Position numbers and translations under genes: made by a program. 64,000 bases of DNA from Methanobacteriota archaeon. Its GTDB lineage: Archaea; Thermoplasmatota; Thermoplasmata; SG8-5; JAGLSY01. The stretch's first letter is position 1, and every line of letters begins with the position of its first letter. The DNA lies in the NCBI GenBank assembly GCA_020696385.1, contig JAEHCQ010000006.1, forward strand, positions 32,001-96,000, given 5' to 3'. Shown piece by piece: positions 16,343 through 26,490 of this stretch. Below the pieces are notes generated by a model that worked only from the letters and a program-made list of their open reading frames with translations, was not told where the DNA came from and made no database searches.

Positions 16343-17428
16343 TCAATTGCCTCTCTTACCGTACTTGTAGGCAATTGAGCACCCTCCCTCGAAAGACACC
16401 ATACAAGGTCCAACCGGGCTCCCTGGCTTGCATGCCTTTCCAAAGAGTGGACAATCCTGAGGTTCCATGATCCCTCTCAGGATCTCCCCGCACTTGCACC
16501 CAGCTGGCTCCGGAAAATCCATGTCCCATATGGGGCTGAGCAGGTCTTCGTATTTCTTTCTGGAATTGAATGCCTCGAACTTGTCAGATATCTCAAGGCC
16601 AGTTCCCGGAAGAACTGGGAATCCGCGCCATTTCACATCACTTTCTACCAGTGTCTTTGCCATAGCTTCGATAGCTTTGGGATTTCCCTCTGGCTTGACA
16701 ACGCGGAAGTATTCATTTTCAACTTCCGCTCTTCCCTCTTTTATCTGTTGGGTGAGCATGAAGATACTCATCAGAAGGTCCAGGGGCTCGAAGCCAGCTA
16801 TCACCTGGGGGATATTGTATTCTGTAGAAAGGAATTGGTACGGCTCCTCGCCGATAATGGCGCTGACATGGCCTGGTTCGATAAGGCCATGGAGCTTGAC
16901 TTCGCCCATATTCACAAGGGCGCGCAATGCCTTGGGAACTGTCCTGTGGCATGATAGAATTGAAAAGTTATCTGGAGGCTGGCTAAGTAATGCGAGGGAA
17001 GTCGCGGGTGTTGTTGTCTCGAAGCCGATGCCCATGAACATGAATTCTTTATTTGGATCATCTTTGGCCATTCTGAGCGCGTCCATGATGGAATAGACGA
17101 TCCGAACATCTGCGCCATCACCCTTTGCATGAGCCAGTGATCTCTCCGCGCCGGGGACTGTGAGCATGTCCCCGAAGACCGTCACCACGATGCCCGAATC
17201 AGCAAGCTTGATCGACTCCTCTATCTCATTGGGTGTTGTTACGCATACCGGGCATCCGGGACCCTGTAAAATTCTAATGCCAGTTGATTCCAGCATGGCA
17301 TCCAGGCCATTACGGACTAGTGTGTCCTGGTGTGTTCCGCATACATGCATGAACTTCGCTTCCACACCAGACTCTTTGATCTTGTCCAGTACTCTTTTCG
17401 CCATGTCCCTGTTCTGAAAGTCCGCCAT
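16343..17428 (-). CDS. hypD: Hydrogenase maturation factor HypD
   Basis: MHVCGTH, GPGCPVCVT, GFETT, PGHVS, CKCGEILRG, CPLFG, PVGPCMVSFEGGC; start taken at MADFQNRD. Confidence 0.97.
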   Translation of the reverse strand: MADFQNRDMAKRVLDKIKESGVEAKFMHVCGTHQDTLVRNGLDAMLESTGIRILQGPGCPVCVTTPNEIEESIKLADSGIVVTVFGDMLTVPGAERSLAHAKGDGADVRIVYSIMDALRMAKDDPNKEFMFMGIGFETTTPATSLALLSQPPDNFSILSCHRTVPKALRALVNMGEVKLHGLIEPGHVSAIIGEEPYQFLSTEYNIPQVIAGFEPLDLLMSIFMLTQQIKEGRAEVENEYFRVVKPEGNPKAIEAMAKTLVESDVKWRGFPVLPGTGLEISDKFEAFNSRKKYEDLLSPIWDMDFPEPAGCKCGEILRGIMEPQDCPLFGKACKPGSPVGPCMVSFEGGCSIAYKYGKRGN

Positions 17429-17429
17429 A

Positions 17430-17834
17430 TTAGGATTCCTCCTTTTTCCCATCATCTTCGTCATCCACTATGAGCCTGACATTTCGTACCGTGCACTGTC
17501 TTCCATTCAGAATATCAACAGCTCCATTGCATTTTGGGCACATGATGATGGGTGAGGCATAATGGTACTCGTCATCAGGAGGATCCATAGGGCCGGTATA
17601 TCCACACTCTTTGCACCTGACATTTGCCACCATGTTGGCGATCAATAGCTGAGCTTTGGCCAGCAGTGTGTTTTTCTTGAGTGCATCAAAGGCAAATATA
17701 AGCTGGGCGGAGTTCAGAAAGGCCAGGTCGCCTACCTCCAAATAGACTTCTTCTATTCGGATGACCTTCTCATGCTTGCCAGCTTCCTCCAGAACTGCCT
17801 TAACAATACTTTCCACAACCGCGAACTCATGCAT
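17430..17834 (-). CDS. hypA: Hydrogenase nickel metallochaperone HypA
   Basis: N-terminal MHE; CKEC and CPKC Zn motifs. Confidence 0.95.
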   Translation of the reverse strand: MHEFAVVESIVKAVLEEAGKHEKVIRIEEVYLEVGDLAFLNSAQLIFAFDALKKNTLLAKAQLLIANMVANVRCKECGYTGPMDPPDDEYHYASPIIMCPKCNGAVDILNGRQCTVRNVRLIVDDEDDGKKEES

Positions 17835-17958
17835 TTTATTTCCTCTTTATAATATAATCATTTTTATAATTCTAATATGTATATATGTGGCCAGTTCATT
17901 CATTATTTAATCTCTCAATTCTTTCGAGCTTTTGAATGTTCGAATACGATTCGCACAT

Positions 17959-18177
17959 TCAAGTCTTCTCCATCAATTCCTCAAAGAGCTTCAGGGTCTC
18001 TTTTGCCTCTTTCTCATCCACCTTCTGGATGGCGAAGCCTGCGTGAACTATTACATAATCACCGATCTCGATTTCCAACATCGACATGTTCACTTCTCTG
18101 ATCACGCCAGAGCCGAAATCAACCTTGCTGATAGCTCCATCTAAAGCTATCACCTTTCCTGGTACTGCCAAGCACAT
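17959..18177 (-). CDS. hypC: Hydrogenase assembly chaperone HypC
   Basis: MCLAVPGKV ... GDYVIVHAGFAI. Confidence 0.97.
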   Translation of the reverse strand: MCLAVPGKVIALDGAISKVDFGSGVIREVNMSMLEIEIGDYVIVHAGFAIQKVDEKEAKETLKLFEELMEKT

Positions 18178-18289
18178 AAGGATACCATATGTTAATCTAT
18201 ATTAAGGATTTGTGGCAGAAATCCACATTTTAGGTCAAAAATATGATACACATCAACTTTTAATATCTATTTTCTGATACCATAATTGT

Positions 18290-18688
18290 ATGACTCAAGT
18301 CAATGGATCAAAAGAGGGCTGTGTATTCTGCTCTCCAGAGGTAATTGGTGGCAGAGTGGCCGAGCACGGCCTTGTGATCGCGATAAAGGACATATTCCCT
18401 GTGTCCGAAGGCCATCTTCTTATCATTCCAAAGCGCCACGTGGATAATTATTTCGAGATGACATCGCAGGAAAGACTGGATGCTGATACTCTTCTCATCC
18501 AGCTGAGGAATAAGATGCTGGCAGACGATCCTTCCATCAAGGGCTTCAATGCCGGAACAAATACTGGCTTGGTCGCAGGCCAGACTGTGATGCATGCCCA
18601 TATCCATCTGATACCAAGGCGCGAGGGAGATACGGACAAGCCTCGTGGCGGAGTTAGAGGCGTGATCGAGGACAAGAAGGACTATTAA
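18290..18688 (+). CDS. HIT family hydrolase
   Basis: CVFC, FPVSEGHLLIIPKRH, AGQTVMHAHIHLIPR histidine triad. Confidence 0.92.
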   Translation: MTQVNGSKEGCVFCSPEVIGGRVAEHGLVIAIKDIFPVSEGHLLIIPKRHVDNYFEMTSQERLDADTLLIQLRNKMLADDPSIKGFNAGTNTGLVAGQTVMHAHIHLIPRREGDTDKPRGGVRGVIEDKKDY

Positions 18689-18728
18689 TCCCATCAAGTT
18701 TTAATACCAACTCATCGATACCCGGACA

Positions 18729-20423
18729 ATGACCCAGGATATCGAAGGAATGGCAAGAAAATATGCGCTGAACAATGCATTGCAACATGGCGGCAGTGCC
18801 AATGCTGGCCCGATAATCGGCATGATCCTGGGAAAGAACCCTGAGCTCAAGCAGAAGGCGAAAGAGGTCGGCCAGATAGTTGGAAAGGTCTTGGCCGAGA
18901 TAAACAAGATGAGTGCGGAGGAACAGCAAAAGGCACTTGAGGAACTGGCTCCTGAACTTCTTGTAAAGGAAAAGAAGGAGAGGATCCTTCGATTGGAAGA
19001 CATCGAAGGAGCTGAGGGAGGTGTTGTCATGCGCCTGGCCCCCAATCCATCTGGCCCTCTGCATATCGGTCATACTCGAATGGCGGTATTGAATGATGAA
19101 TATGTCAAACGTTATGGTGGCAAGCTCATCGTGAGGCTGGAAGATACCAATCCAGATACGATCATGTCAGAAGCGTATGACATGATACTCAAGGATCTTG
19201 ATTACCTTGAGGTCGAATACCATGAGGTCATTAATCAAAGTGATAGATTCGAGCTTTACTATGAATATGCGCGCCAGCTCATTGAAAAGGGCGCGGCGTA
19301 TATGTGCCAGTGCGAATCCGAGCAGTGGCGTGAGATGAAGGATAAGAAGACAGCTTGTGAACACCGGGATTCAGATATTGATGACAATCTGCAATTATTC
19401 GATAAGATGATGGCTGGTGAGTTTCACCCAGGCGATATCTCCATGGTTGTGAAGACCGATATCGGACATCCCAACCCCGCGGTGCGGGATTTCGTGGCCC
19501 TGAGATTGCTGGATGATGCTCATCCCATGGTTGGTGATAATTATATTGTTTATCCATTATATAATTATTCAGTCGCTATAGACGACCATCTAATGGAGAT
19601 GACGCACGTGCTCAGGGGCAAAGATCATCTCAATAATACCATTCGTCAGGAGTATGTATATGATCATCTGGACTGGGAAAAGCCAAAGTTCTATCACTAT
19701 GGCTGGGTCAGTATCGATGATACCGTATTGAGCACCAGGCAGATCAAAGTGGCTATTGCAGAAGGGAAATACTCTGGTTGGGATGATCCAAGGCTGGGAA
19801 CCGTTGCTTCTCTGGCACGACGGGGAATACACCCTCAGGCCATTCGTAATTACTGGGTCGAGGTTGGCATCAAGGCTGTGGACATCAAGTTCGCTTGGGA
19901 GAATCTATACGCCTACAACAAAACCATCATTGATCCAATCGCTCACAGATTCTTCTTTGTCTGGGATCCCGAGGTCGTGCGGATCAGTGGAGTTGACATT
20001 CTGAAAGGCAAATGTTCTCTACTGCCAGACGACCCCGATGCAGGTTATCGAGAGACCACTCATGAAGCCGATGAAAATGGCTTCATCTATCTAAATATCA
20101 CGGCAGAGGACCTGGCCGACACTACGCCAGGTCAGATCATTCGCTTCAAAGACCTTGGTAATATGGAATATCTGGGTGAAAAGGGATTCAAGTATATTGA
20201 TAATGATCTGGAGATGATCAGGAATGGAGTCCGTATAATCCATTGGGTAGGTAGCCAGAACCATGAGGTCCGGGTGAACATGCCAGATGGGGAAGTCAGG
20301 CAGGGTGTTGTGGAGCATGATGTCATGGGCTCGATAGGTAAAGTGGTGCAGTTCGAGAGATTTGGCTTCCTGAAACTGGAGAAGGGAGAGCATGGTCTGG
20401 AGGGCTATTTCGCGCATAAATAA
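18729..20423 (+). CDS. gltX: Glutamate--tRNA ligase (archaeal type)
   Basis: Archaeal N-terminal extension, RLAPNPSGPLHIGH (HIGH), THVLRGKDH, GWDDPRLGT, VQFERFGF. Confidence 0.96.
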   Translation: MTQDIEGMARKYALNNALQHGGSANAGPIIGMILGKNPELKQKAKEVGQIVGKVLAEINKMSAEEQQKALEELAPELLVKEKKERILRLEDIEGAEGGVVMRLAPNPSGPLHIGHTRMAVLNDEYVKRYGGKLIVRLEDTNPDTIMSEAYDMILKDLDYLEVEYHEVINQSDRFELYYEYARQLIEKGAAYMCQCESEQWREMKDKKTACEHRDSDIDDNLQLFDKMMAGEFHPGDISMVVKTDIGHPNPAVRDFVALRLLDDAHPMVGDNYIVYPLYNYSVAIDDHLMEMTHVLRGKDHLNNTIRQEYVYDHLDWEKPKFYHYGWVSIDDTVLSTRQIKVAIAEGKYSGWDDPRLGTVASLARRGIHPQAIRNYWVEVGIKAVDIKFAWENLYAYNKTIIDPIAHRFFFVWDPEVVRISGVDILKGKCSLLPDDPDAGYRETTHEADENGFIYLNITAEDLADTTPGQIIRFKDLGNMEYLGEKGFKYIDNDLEMIRNGVRIIHWVGSQNHEVRVNMPDGEVRQGVVEHDVMGSIGKVVQFERFGFLKLEKGEHGLEGYFAHK

Positions 20424-20508
20424 TTCAATTTATCTAATTAATATAATAAAATAATAATAATATAAATAAAAAAATAAATAAGATGGAAGAAAATAAGGAG
20501 GAAAGAAG

Positions 20509-21669
20509 ATGAAAACAGCAGACAGGATGAAGAACGTGCAGCCATCACCAACAGTTGCACTGGGTAATAAGGTGGCGGAGATGAAGGCCGCCGGAGAGGA
20601 CATCATATCATTCACAGTGGGAGAACCAGACTTTGACACACCAGCTCATATTCGTGAAGTGGCAAAGAAGGCACTCGATGATGGGTGGACGCATTATGCG
20701 CCATCTAGTGGATTACCTCAATTTCGCGAGGCCATTGCCAAGAGCGAGGGTAAGAATGGTATCTCATGTGATGCCAGTAATATCATCGTGGCTCCGACCA
20801 AGCACACTCTGTACATGACCTGTACTGCACTTCTGGATCCTGGTGACGAGGTCATAATTCAAGATCCCGCATGGGTCAGCTACGAACCATGCGCGACAAT
20901 AAACGGCGCAAAGCCCGTCTTCATAGATTCTTCCAAGGATGAACTTCATTTCACTCCAGAAGCAATAGCCGAGGCCATAACTCCAAAGACAAAGATGATC
21001 ATCGTCAATACCCCCAGTAATCCAACTGGTATCGTGATGAGCGAGGCCGAGCTAAGAGGCATCGCGGACCTTGCCAAGGATCATGATCTTATAGTGCTGG
21101 CTGATGAGATATATCAGAAGATATTGTACGAGGGGAAGCACCATTCCATAGCATCATTCGATGGAATGTTCGAGCGCACCGTGACCATCAATGGTCTTTC
21201 CAAGGCCTATGCGATGACCGGTTGGAGAGCTGGCTGGCTCATTGCTCCGCCAATGCTCTTAAAGGAAATATCCAAGGTACAGCAGCATTCTATAACCTGT
21301 ATCCCGCCATTCATACAATTGGCGGGAATCGATGCATTGGAAAACTCCGCAGATGATGTGCGAGGGATGGTCACCGAATTCAAGGCTCGTCGTGACCTCA
21401 TGCACGGACTTTTGAATGAGCTCGACTCATTCACATGCTCCAAACCCGAAGGAGCATTTTATCTGTTCCCTAAGTTCAAGTCATCCTTCAATTCTATGAA
21501 ATTCGCCGAGGCATTGCTTACTGAGGCCAAGGTCGCGATGACCCCCGGCTCTGCATTTGGTTTATCGGTCGATGATCATGTCAGGATATCATATGCAGCA
21601 TCCCGAGAAGTAATAAAAGACGGGGTTGCGAGAATAGCCGAGGCCGAGAAAAAAGGACTGCTCGGTTGA
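20509..21669 (+). CDS. aspC: PLP-dependent class I/II (aspartate-type) aminotransferase
   Basis: GEPDFDTP, NTPSNPTG, DEIY, NGLSKAYAMTGWRAG (PLP lysine), GAFYLF, RISYA. Confidence 0.88.
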   Translation: MKTADRMKNVQPSPTVALGNKVAEMKAAGEDIISFTVGEPDFDTPAHIREVAKKALDDGWTHYAPSSGLPQFREAIAKSEGKNGISCDASNIIVAPTKHTLYMTCTALLDPGDEVIIQDPAWVSYEPCATINGAKPVFIDSSKDELHFTPEAIAEAITPKTKMIIVNTPSNPTGIVMSEAELRGIADLAKDHDLIVLADEIYQKILYEGKHHSIASFDGMFERTVTINGLSKAYAMTGWRAGWLIAPPMLLKEISKVQQHSITCIPPFIQLAGIDALENSADDVRGMVTEFKARRDLMHGLLNELDSFTCSKPEGAFYLFPKFKSSFNSMKFAEALLTEAKVAMTPGSAFGLSVDDHVRISYAASREVIKDGVARIAEAEKKGLLG

Positions 21670-21742
21670 TTATGTGTGTATGATAGGGCTGAATTGAGAT
21701 TGTATTGGTTAAATAAGAAATCTCTCTGCCTAATTTTAATCC

Positions 21743-23935
21743 TCACTCCAGCTTCTGTATCTCTCCACAATGTGGACACATGACCTCAATTGGTCGCCTG
21801 GAAGTTGTGACTTCAATGGGTTTCTCACAATTGGCACAGCCGACAATGGCTGCAGATCCTGATGCTGATGGTACAGTACTTCTCTTCTCTGTCCAGCTTT
21901 TATTATCCAGAATTTTATTGTATTTCAAATTGTTAATGGCCTTTCTCTGTCTCATGACCATGAAGGTACACAATAGGACGAGCACGAGTATGAAAAAGGT
22001 CAGGATGGGTATTCCGAATATCGTATTGTACCAAAGTGGATTATTGCTGTGATCTATCGTGATGATCTCGCTGGTGGATCCACCAATATCTGTCGTGGCG
22101 TAGAAGACCTGATCGCCTTCGTCTATGTTATTCGGGATCTTGTAAAGCAATCTGCCAGTTCCCAATTGCGTATGCAGGGTGATCGTTTGTCCATTTATCA
22201 ACCCATAGGTGATCATGAAGGTCGATGGTATCCTGGACTGCCCTTGTGGGATTATCTCATAATCTACCGCCAATGTATCTCCTGGAGAATAGGAACCTCG
22301 GTTGAATTCCAATTTGAGAAGATATCCTGTGAATAGATCTGATGAATGCTCTCCATGGACAATTATACCATCTTGGCTGGCATAAACTGTGAATATGTAT
22401 CTTTGAGATGGGACATCTGGCACAATGAAGCCAAAGCTTCCACCTAATGCGATTCCTTCTGCGACGACCGAGTTGTCAGTGTCAGTTATTGTGTAGAATA
22501 CTTTTGGATTGGTCATCAGGGTGCTTACCACCTCGTACGAGATCAGGATATTATCCTCTGCCAGATAGCTTGCTTGATCCGCATTGACCAGTACGATGGC
22601 ATAATTCACCTTGACAAGCTTCGTAACATTGACCCTGTTCCCCTGGCCATCATCCACTGTGACCTGGAGCCACAACCATCCTTTGAAATCATTAAGTATG
22701 GAATATGAGAATTCATATGAATTCTTGGTATCTCTCGAGAACAGATCGCCAGAATCACTGCCATCTCGAACTTCATAGATATAGGTGAATGAGCTAACAG
22801 GTCCCAATCCCGAGGCTACAGCACTGACATTCAGGAAAAGAGTTTCACCACTCACATATTCATCTTTGTCAAGACTTAGAACTAGAGTGATCGAAGGAAA
22901 TTGTGAGATCTTGAATGAGGCTATTTTTATATTGCTGTTAAGGGCCTTATCCCATTTGTAGGCCGAAACTTCTACTTCATATTCTGTTCCATTTGTGTAA
23001 CTGATATTGGCTCCCTGGTCATTGTTCAATTGTAGAATATGCCTCAGGCTTCCATGTGAATCTGTAGTAAGTCCCAAAGCGGAATCCAATGGATCGCTGT
23101 GGTCGTTCTTCTTGTAGATCTTAATGTCCAATGTACATCCAGGTTCTGCTATCCCATAAGATGCGGATTCATTTCCCACATATGTCTGCACATCTATGAA
23201 CATGAGAGAGCCGAGGGAATACTGGGTCTTGTCTAGGTTCACCTGCACTCCCAGGGATTGGATTGTAAAATTTGCCCTTGAATATTGATACCTCTTTGCA
23301 AAGGCCTGTGTATCATTGAACCATCCATCAACCCAGTAATTGGCTGTTTTGTCAAAAGTATTGCGGATCTCGAAAGAAGTGCTTCCTGCTGGGCTTCTGA
23401 AATCCTTCTCCTCCAGCATTGTTGTGTCATTCCATATCCTTATTACCAAATAGCCGTCCGGTGGTAGTGTCTGATCTTTAAGGTGATTGGCGGTCCAGAA
23501 TATCTTGATCTCATCTCCAACAAGGTAAGCACTCCTGTCTGTTTCTATGCTCAGAGTGTATGATTGTATCTTATATGGTATCTCATCAACTATGGTGCCC
23601 ATGTGCCATACACGGATCACATATGTTCCATCTGGTGTTGTGTCACCTATTTGGTATGTGAGTTTGGCACTTCCATCCTCTCCTATCTTGAAATTATTTA
23701 CAAGTGGGTTCTCGCTTCCAGGGGTCACTATTGTTAGATTGTAGACATCTTCTGGACTTGCGTGCAATATCATCTCGATGGTCTCACCAGGTACATAAGT
23801 GCTATTGCCTGTGTATCTGCTGGGTATCAATTCCAATCGATCCCAGGTGGCGGAAGTATTTCCCGGGGTGAAAGTGAAGGTGAAGGCCAATGCTAGAAGT
23901 ATTGAAATTATGATTCTCATATGGTTTTTTTTCAT
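21743..23935 (-). CDS. Secreted, membrane-anchored protein with about 6 MG2 (macroglobulin)-like Ig repeats and a cytoplasmic Zn ribbon
   Basis: Signal peptide from MKKNHMR; repeated D-x-x-x-Y-x-x-G-[DE] strands (ETDRSAYLVGD, LDKTQYSLGS, LDKDEYVSGE, FNRGSYSPGD); TM helix; CANC...CPHC. Confidence 0.7.
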   Translation of the reverse strand: MKKNHMRIIISILLALAFTFTFTPGNTSATWDRLELIPSRYTGNSTYVPGETIEMILHASPEDVYNLTIVTPGSENPLVNNFKIGEDGSAKLTYQIGDTTPDGTYVIRVWHMGTIVDEIPYKIQSYTLSIETDRSAYLVGDEIKIFWTANHLKDQTLPPDGYLVIRIWNDTTMLEEKDFRSPAGSTSFEIRNTFDKTANYWVDGWFNDTQAFAKRYQYSRANFTIQSLGVQVNLDKTQYSLGSLMFIDVQTYVGNESASYGIAEPGCTLDIKIYKKNDHSDPLDSALGLTTDSHGSLRHILQLNNDQGANISYTNGTEYEVEVSAYKWDKALNSNIKIASFKISQFPSITLVLSLDKDEYVSGETLFLNVSAVASGLGPVSSFTYIYEVRDGSDSGDLFSRDTKNSYEFSYSILNDFKGWLWLQVTVDDGQGNRVNVTKLVKVNYAIVLVNADQASYLAEDNILISYEVVSTLMTNPKVFYTITDTDNSVVAEGIALGGSFGFIVPDVPSQRYIFTVYASQDGIIVHGEHSSDLFTGYLLKLEFNRGSYSPGDTLAVDYEIIPQGQSRIPSTFMITYGLINGQTITLHTQLGTGRLLYKIPNNIDEGDQVFYATTDIGGSTSEIITIDHSNNPLWYNTIFGIPILTFFILVLVLLCTFMVMRQRKAINNLKYNKILDNKSWTEKRSTVPSASGSAAIVGCANCEKPIEVTTSRRPIEVMCPHCGEIQKLE

Positions 23936-24297
23936 GGTCCTACTCCTTCTGGGCCCCTTCAGGCGTGGAACATGTACCATTTTCCCCGTCCAGTTCCCAC
24001 TGGCAGTATAATATCTTAGAGTATATATATAAGTTTGTACAAGGCTTTGTAAATATTTAAATCTATTTTTAATATATATTAATAATAATTATTTAATAAT
24101 TATATATTTAAATAATATTTATTATGCTATATTTTATTTTTACTTAAGTTATACATAATATACTAAAAAAGAATATAAATAATAATATATATTTAATCGT
24201 ATTTATTATCCAGTGAATCAATATAATTTAATATCATTTATAATATATTATTATCTATATGGAACTTTTAACACAGGTGTTATAAACTTATTGGGGC

Positions 24298-25590
24298 TTA
24301 TTCTCTCTCAATAAGTCTCTGTCCAACTGCCTGTGCTCTCTCTTTTATATCACTCTCGTCCAATGTTTTTAAGACCCTGTTTCGCATGGTCATTTGCCCA
24401 TCGATCAATAGATCTCTCACATTATTCGATTGACATGAATAGACCAAATGAGATATGATATTTTCCCTTACGGCTGGTATCATGTTCGCCTTATTCAGAT
24501 CAATGATCGCCAGGTCTGCCTTTTTCCCGATCTCGATACTGCCTATCTCATCATCCATTTTCAGAGCCCTTGCGCCATCGATCGTGGCCATATCAAGAAC
24601 TTTCTGAGCTGGAAGCACAGTGGCATCCCACCTGTGCGCTTTATGCAATAGCGCACATGTTTTCATTTCACAGAACATGTCCAGGCCATTATTGGAAGAC
24701 GAACCATCAGTTCCGAGGCCCACCACCACTCCATTATCGAACATCTCTGGAAGTGGTGCGACACCGCCAGTTGCCAGTTTCATATTGGATACTGGGCAAT
24801 GTGCTACTTTTGCTCCTTTATTTGCCAAAGCTCTCACTTCATTGATGGTCACCCAGCCACAATGGGCCGCGATAAGTCTATCTGAAATGAAGCCGATATC
24901 GTCCAGCCAGTGTACGGGTCTTTTTCCATATTTCTTCTCATGCTCGTACACTTCCATCCTCGTCTCGGAAAGGTGCGTGTGAGTCAACGTATTTTCTTTC
25001 TCTGCAAGTTCCTGTGTTCTGGTATAGGTCTCTTCATTGCAGACATAGACTCCCTGTGGAGCTGGAAGTGGGTATATTCTTTCCTTATTCTTGTGTTCGG
25101 AAATGAATCTCGCGGCATTGTCAACCGGATTTCCTTTTTGGGTGGTGAACTCTTCATCCAGTACGGCCCATCCAAGGAATCCACGCATCCCAGAAGCTTC
25201 AGTGGCCTTCGCCATCTCATCTTGAAAATAATACAGATCTAAGAAAGAGGTCGTACCGCCCTTCATCATCTCGACGGTTCCCAGCTCTGTTCCCAATCTG
25301 ACATCTTCCCTGGTGCGCCTGCCATCCACCTCGAATGTCTTGTTCAGGAAGGCATCCAGATGGACATCATCCGCAATTCCTCTCATAAGTGTCATGGATA
25401 TGTGAGTGTGGAGGTTGATAAGTCCAGGGATCACTGCGCATCCTGTGCCATCTATTGTTTTATCCGCATTATCTGTGATATCGCCGACAGCACTGATCTT
25501 TCCACCTTCTATGAGAATATCTCCTTTTATCAATTCTCTCTTGTGGTTCTGAGTCACTATCCATGCATTACTTATCTTCAAGGATTCCAT
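24298..25590 (-). CDS. mtaD: Amidohydrolase, MTA/SAH (5'-deoxyadenosine) deaminase family
   Basis: PGLINLHTH, HTHLSET, AAHC, HCPVSNMKLATG, LGTDG, GSIEIGKKADL. Confidence 0.8.
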   Translation of the reverse strand: MESLKISNAWIVTQNHKRELIKGDILIEGGKISAVGDITDNADKTIDGTGCAVIPGLINLHTHISMTLMRGIADDVHLDAFLNKTFEVDGRRTREDVRLGTELGTVEMMKGGTTSFLDLYYFQDEMAKATEASGMRGFLGWAVLDEEFTTQKGNPVDNAARFISEHKNKERIYPLPAPQGVYVCNEETYTRTQELAEKENTLTHTHLSETRMEVYEHEKKYGKRPVHWLDDIGFISDRLIAAHCGWVTINEVRALANKGAKVAHCPVSNMKLATGGVAPLPEMFDNGVVVGLGTDGSSSNNGLDMFCEMKTCALLHKAHRWDATVLPAQKVLDMATIDGARALKMDDEIGSIEIGKKADLAIIDLNKANMIPAVRENIISHLVYSCQSNNVRDLLIDGQMTMRNRVLKTLDESDIKERAQAVGQRLIERE

Positions 25591-25724
25591 AACATCTCCT
25601 CTATAGGAGTTGGTAAATCGCGCATTGATTAAATAATTGATGATATCTGTATTGTGTTAAGTAATATGATTAATTAATTACGACAATACAGTTATTCGCA
25701 TATTTATTTAAGTACAACTATTTA

Positions 25725-26297
25725 TTATGCCGGTAATGGATGATCAAAGTAATCTTGTTTGATGTCATCTCCTGTAATGTCAAGATATATCTGCGTGGTC
25801 GTCAGGGATGAATGACCTAACATCTTCTGTACAGTCCTTAGATTCATACCCGCCTTGAGGCAATGCACGGCGAAGGAGTGCCTCAGCATGTGTGGGTGGA
25901 CATGCTGGGTGATGCCCGCTCTTTTCCCGTATTCTGCTACTAATCGCTCTATCTGGCGAGTGGATATCCTCTCGCTGACAGCGGATTGGAATAAGAATCC
26001 CGTTTCAGATATGTGGTCGCCAGTTCTCTCATTACTTATGAAATGCTCCACCATGTCCAGTGTATAGTGGTCGACAGGCACTATGCGGTCCTTGCCGCCC
26101 TTTCCCTGTCTAACAATAAGATCATTATCATTGAACATGATATTCTCTATTTTGAGATCGGCCAACTCTGAAACTCGTAATCCACACCTGTAAAGGATCC
26201 TGAGGATCAATCGATCCCGGATATTATTCCTATCCGGTGCATTAAGTAATTTCTGGATCTCGCGCTCTTTTAGATATTTTGGCAGTGTCTTCGCCAT
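25725..26297 (-). CDS. Xer-like tyrosine recombinase, catalytic domain only (about 190 aa)
   Basis: LPKYL, RDRLIL..LY..GLRVSEL, GKGGKDR, HPHMLRHSFA, LGHSSLTTTQIY; all R-K-H-R-H-Y residues are present. No N-terminal core-binding domain, even from the alternative ATG at 26342. Confidence 0.9.
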   Translation of the reverse strand: MAKTLPKYLKEREIQKLLNAPDRNNIRDRLILRILYRCGLRVSELADLKIENIMFNDNDLIVRQGKGGKDRIVPVDHYTLDMVEHFISNERTGDHISETGFLFQSAVSERISTRQIERLVAEYGKRAGITQHVHPHMLRHSFAVHCLKAGMNLRTVQKMLGHSSLTTTQIYLDITGDDIKQDYFDHPLPA

Positions 26298-26462
26298 ATT
26301 TATCCCATCCTTTGGGATCTCGCATCCCAACCCTATATTCATTTGATGCTTTTTATAATTATCGTATTTTTTAATAGAAAAAGCGACATTAACGCAGTTA
26401 ACTCTGCTCTTGAAAATACTTAATATGTTTTACGACGTCGCCTCTTATATTATATAAATTTG

Positions 26463-26490
26463 ACGTCGTATAATCTATGTTTTACGACAT
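26463..26490. other. dif/res-like recombination site (11-6-11)
   Basis: ACGTCGTATAA-TCTATG-TTTTACGACAT, inverted arms around a 6-bp spacer; an extra arm copy TTTTACGACGTC at 26428-26439; about 170 bp upstream of the recombinase. Confidence 0.6.

Noticed and set aside
25725-26342. Integrated virus or plasmid around the tyrosine recombinase
   Set aside because: No adjacent tRNA/att duplication, replication, capsid or cargo genes; the flanking genes look chromosomal.
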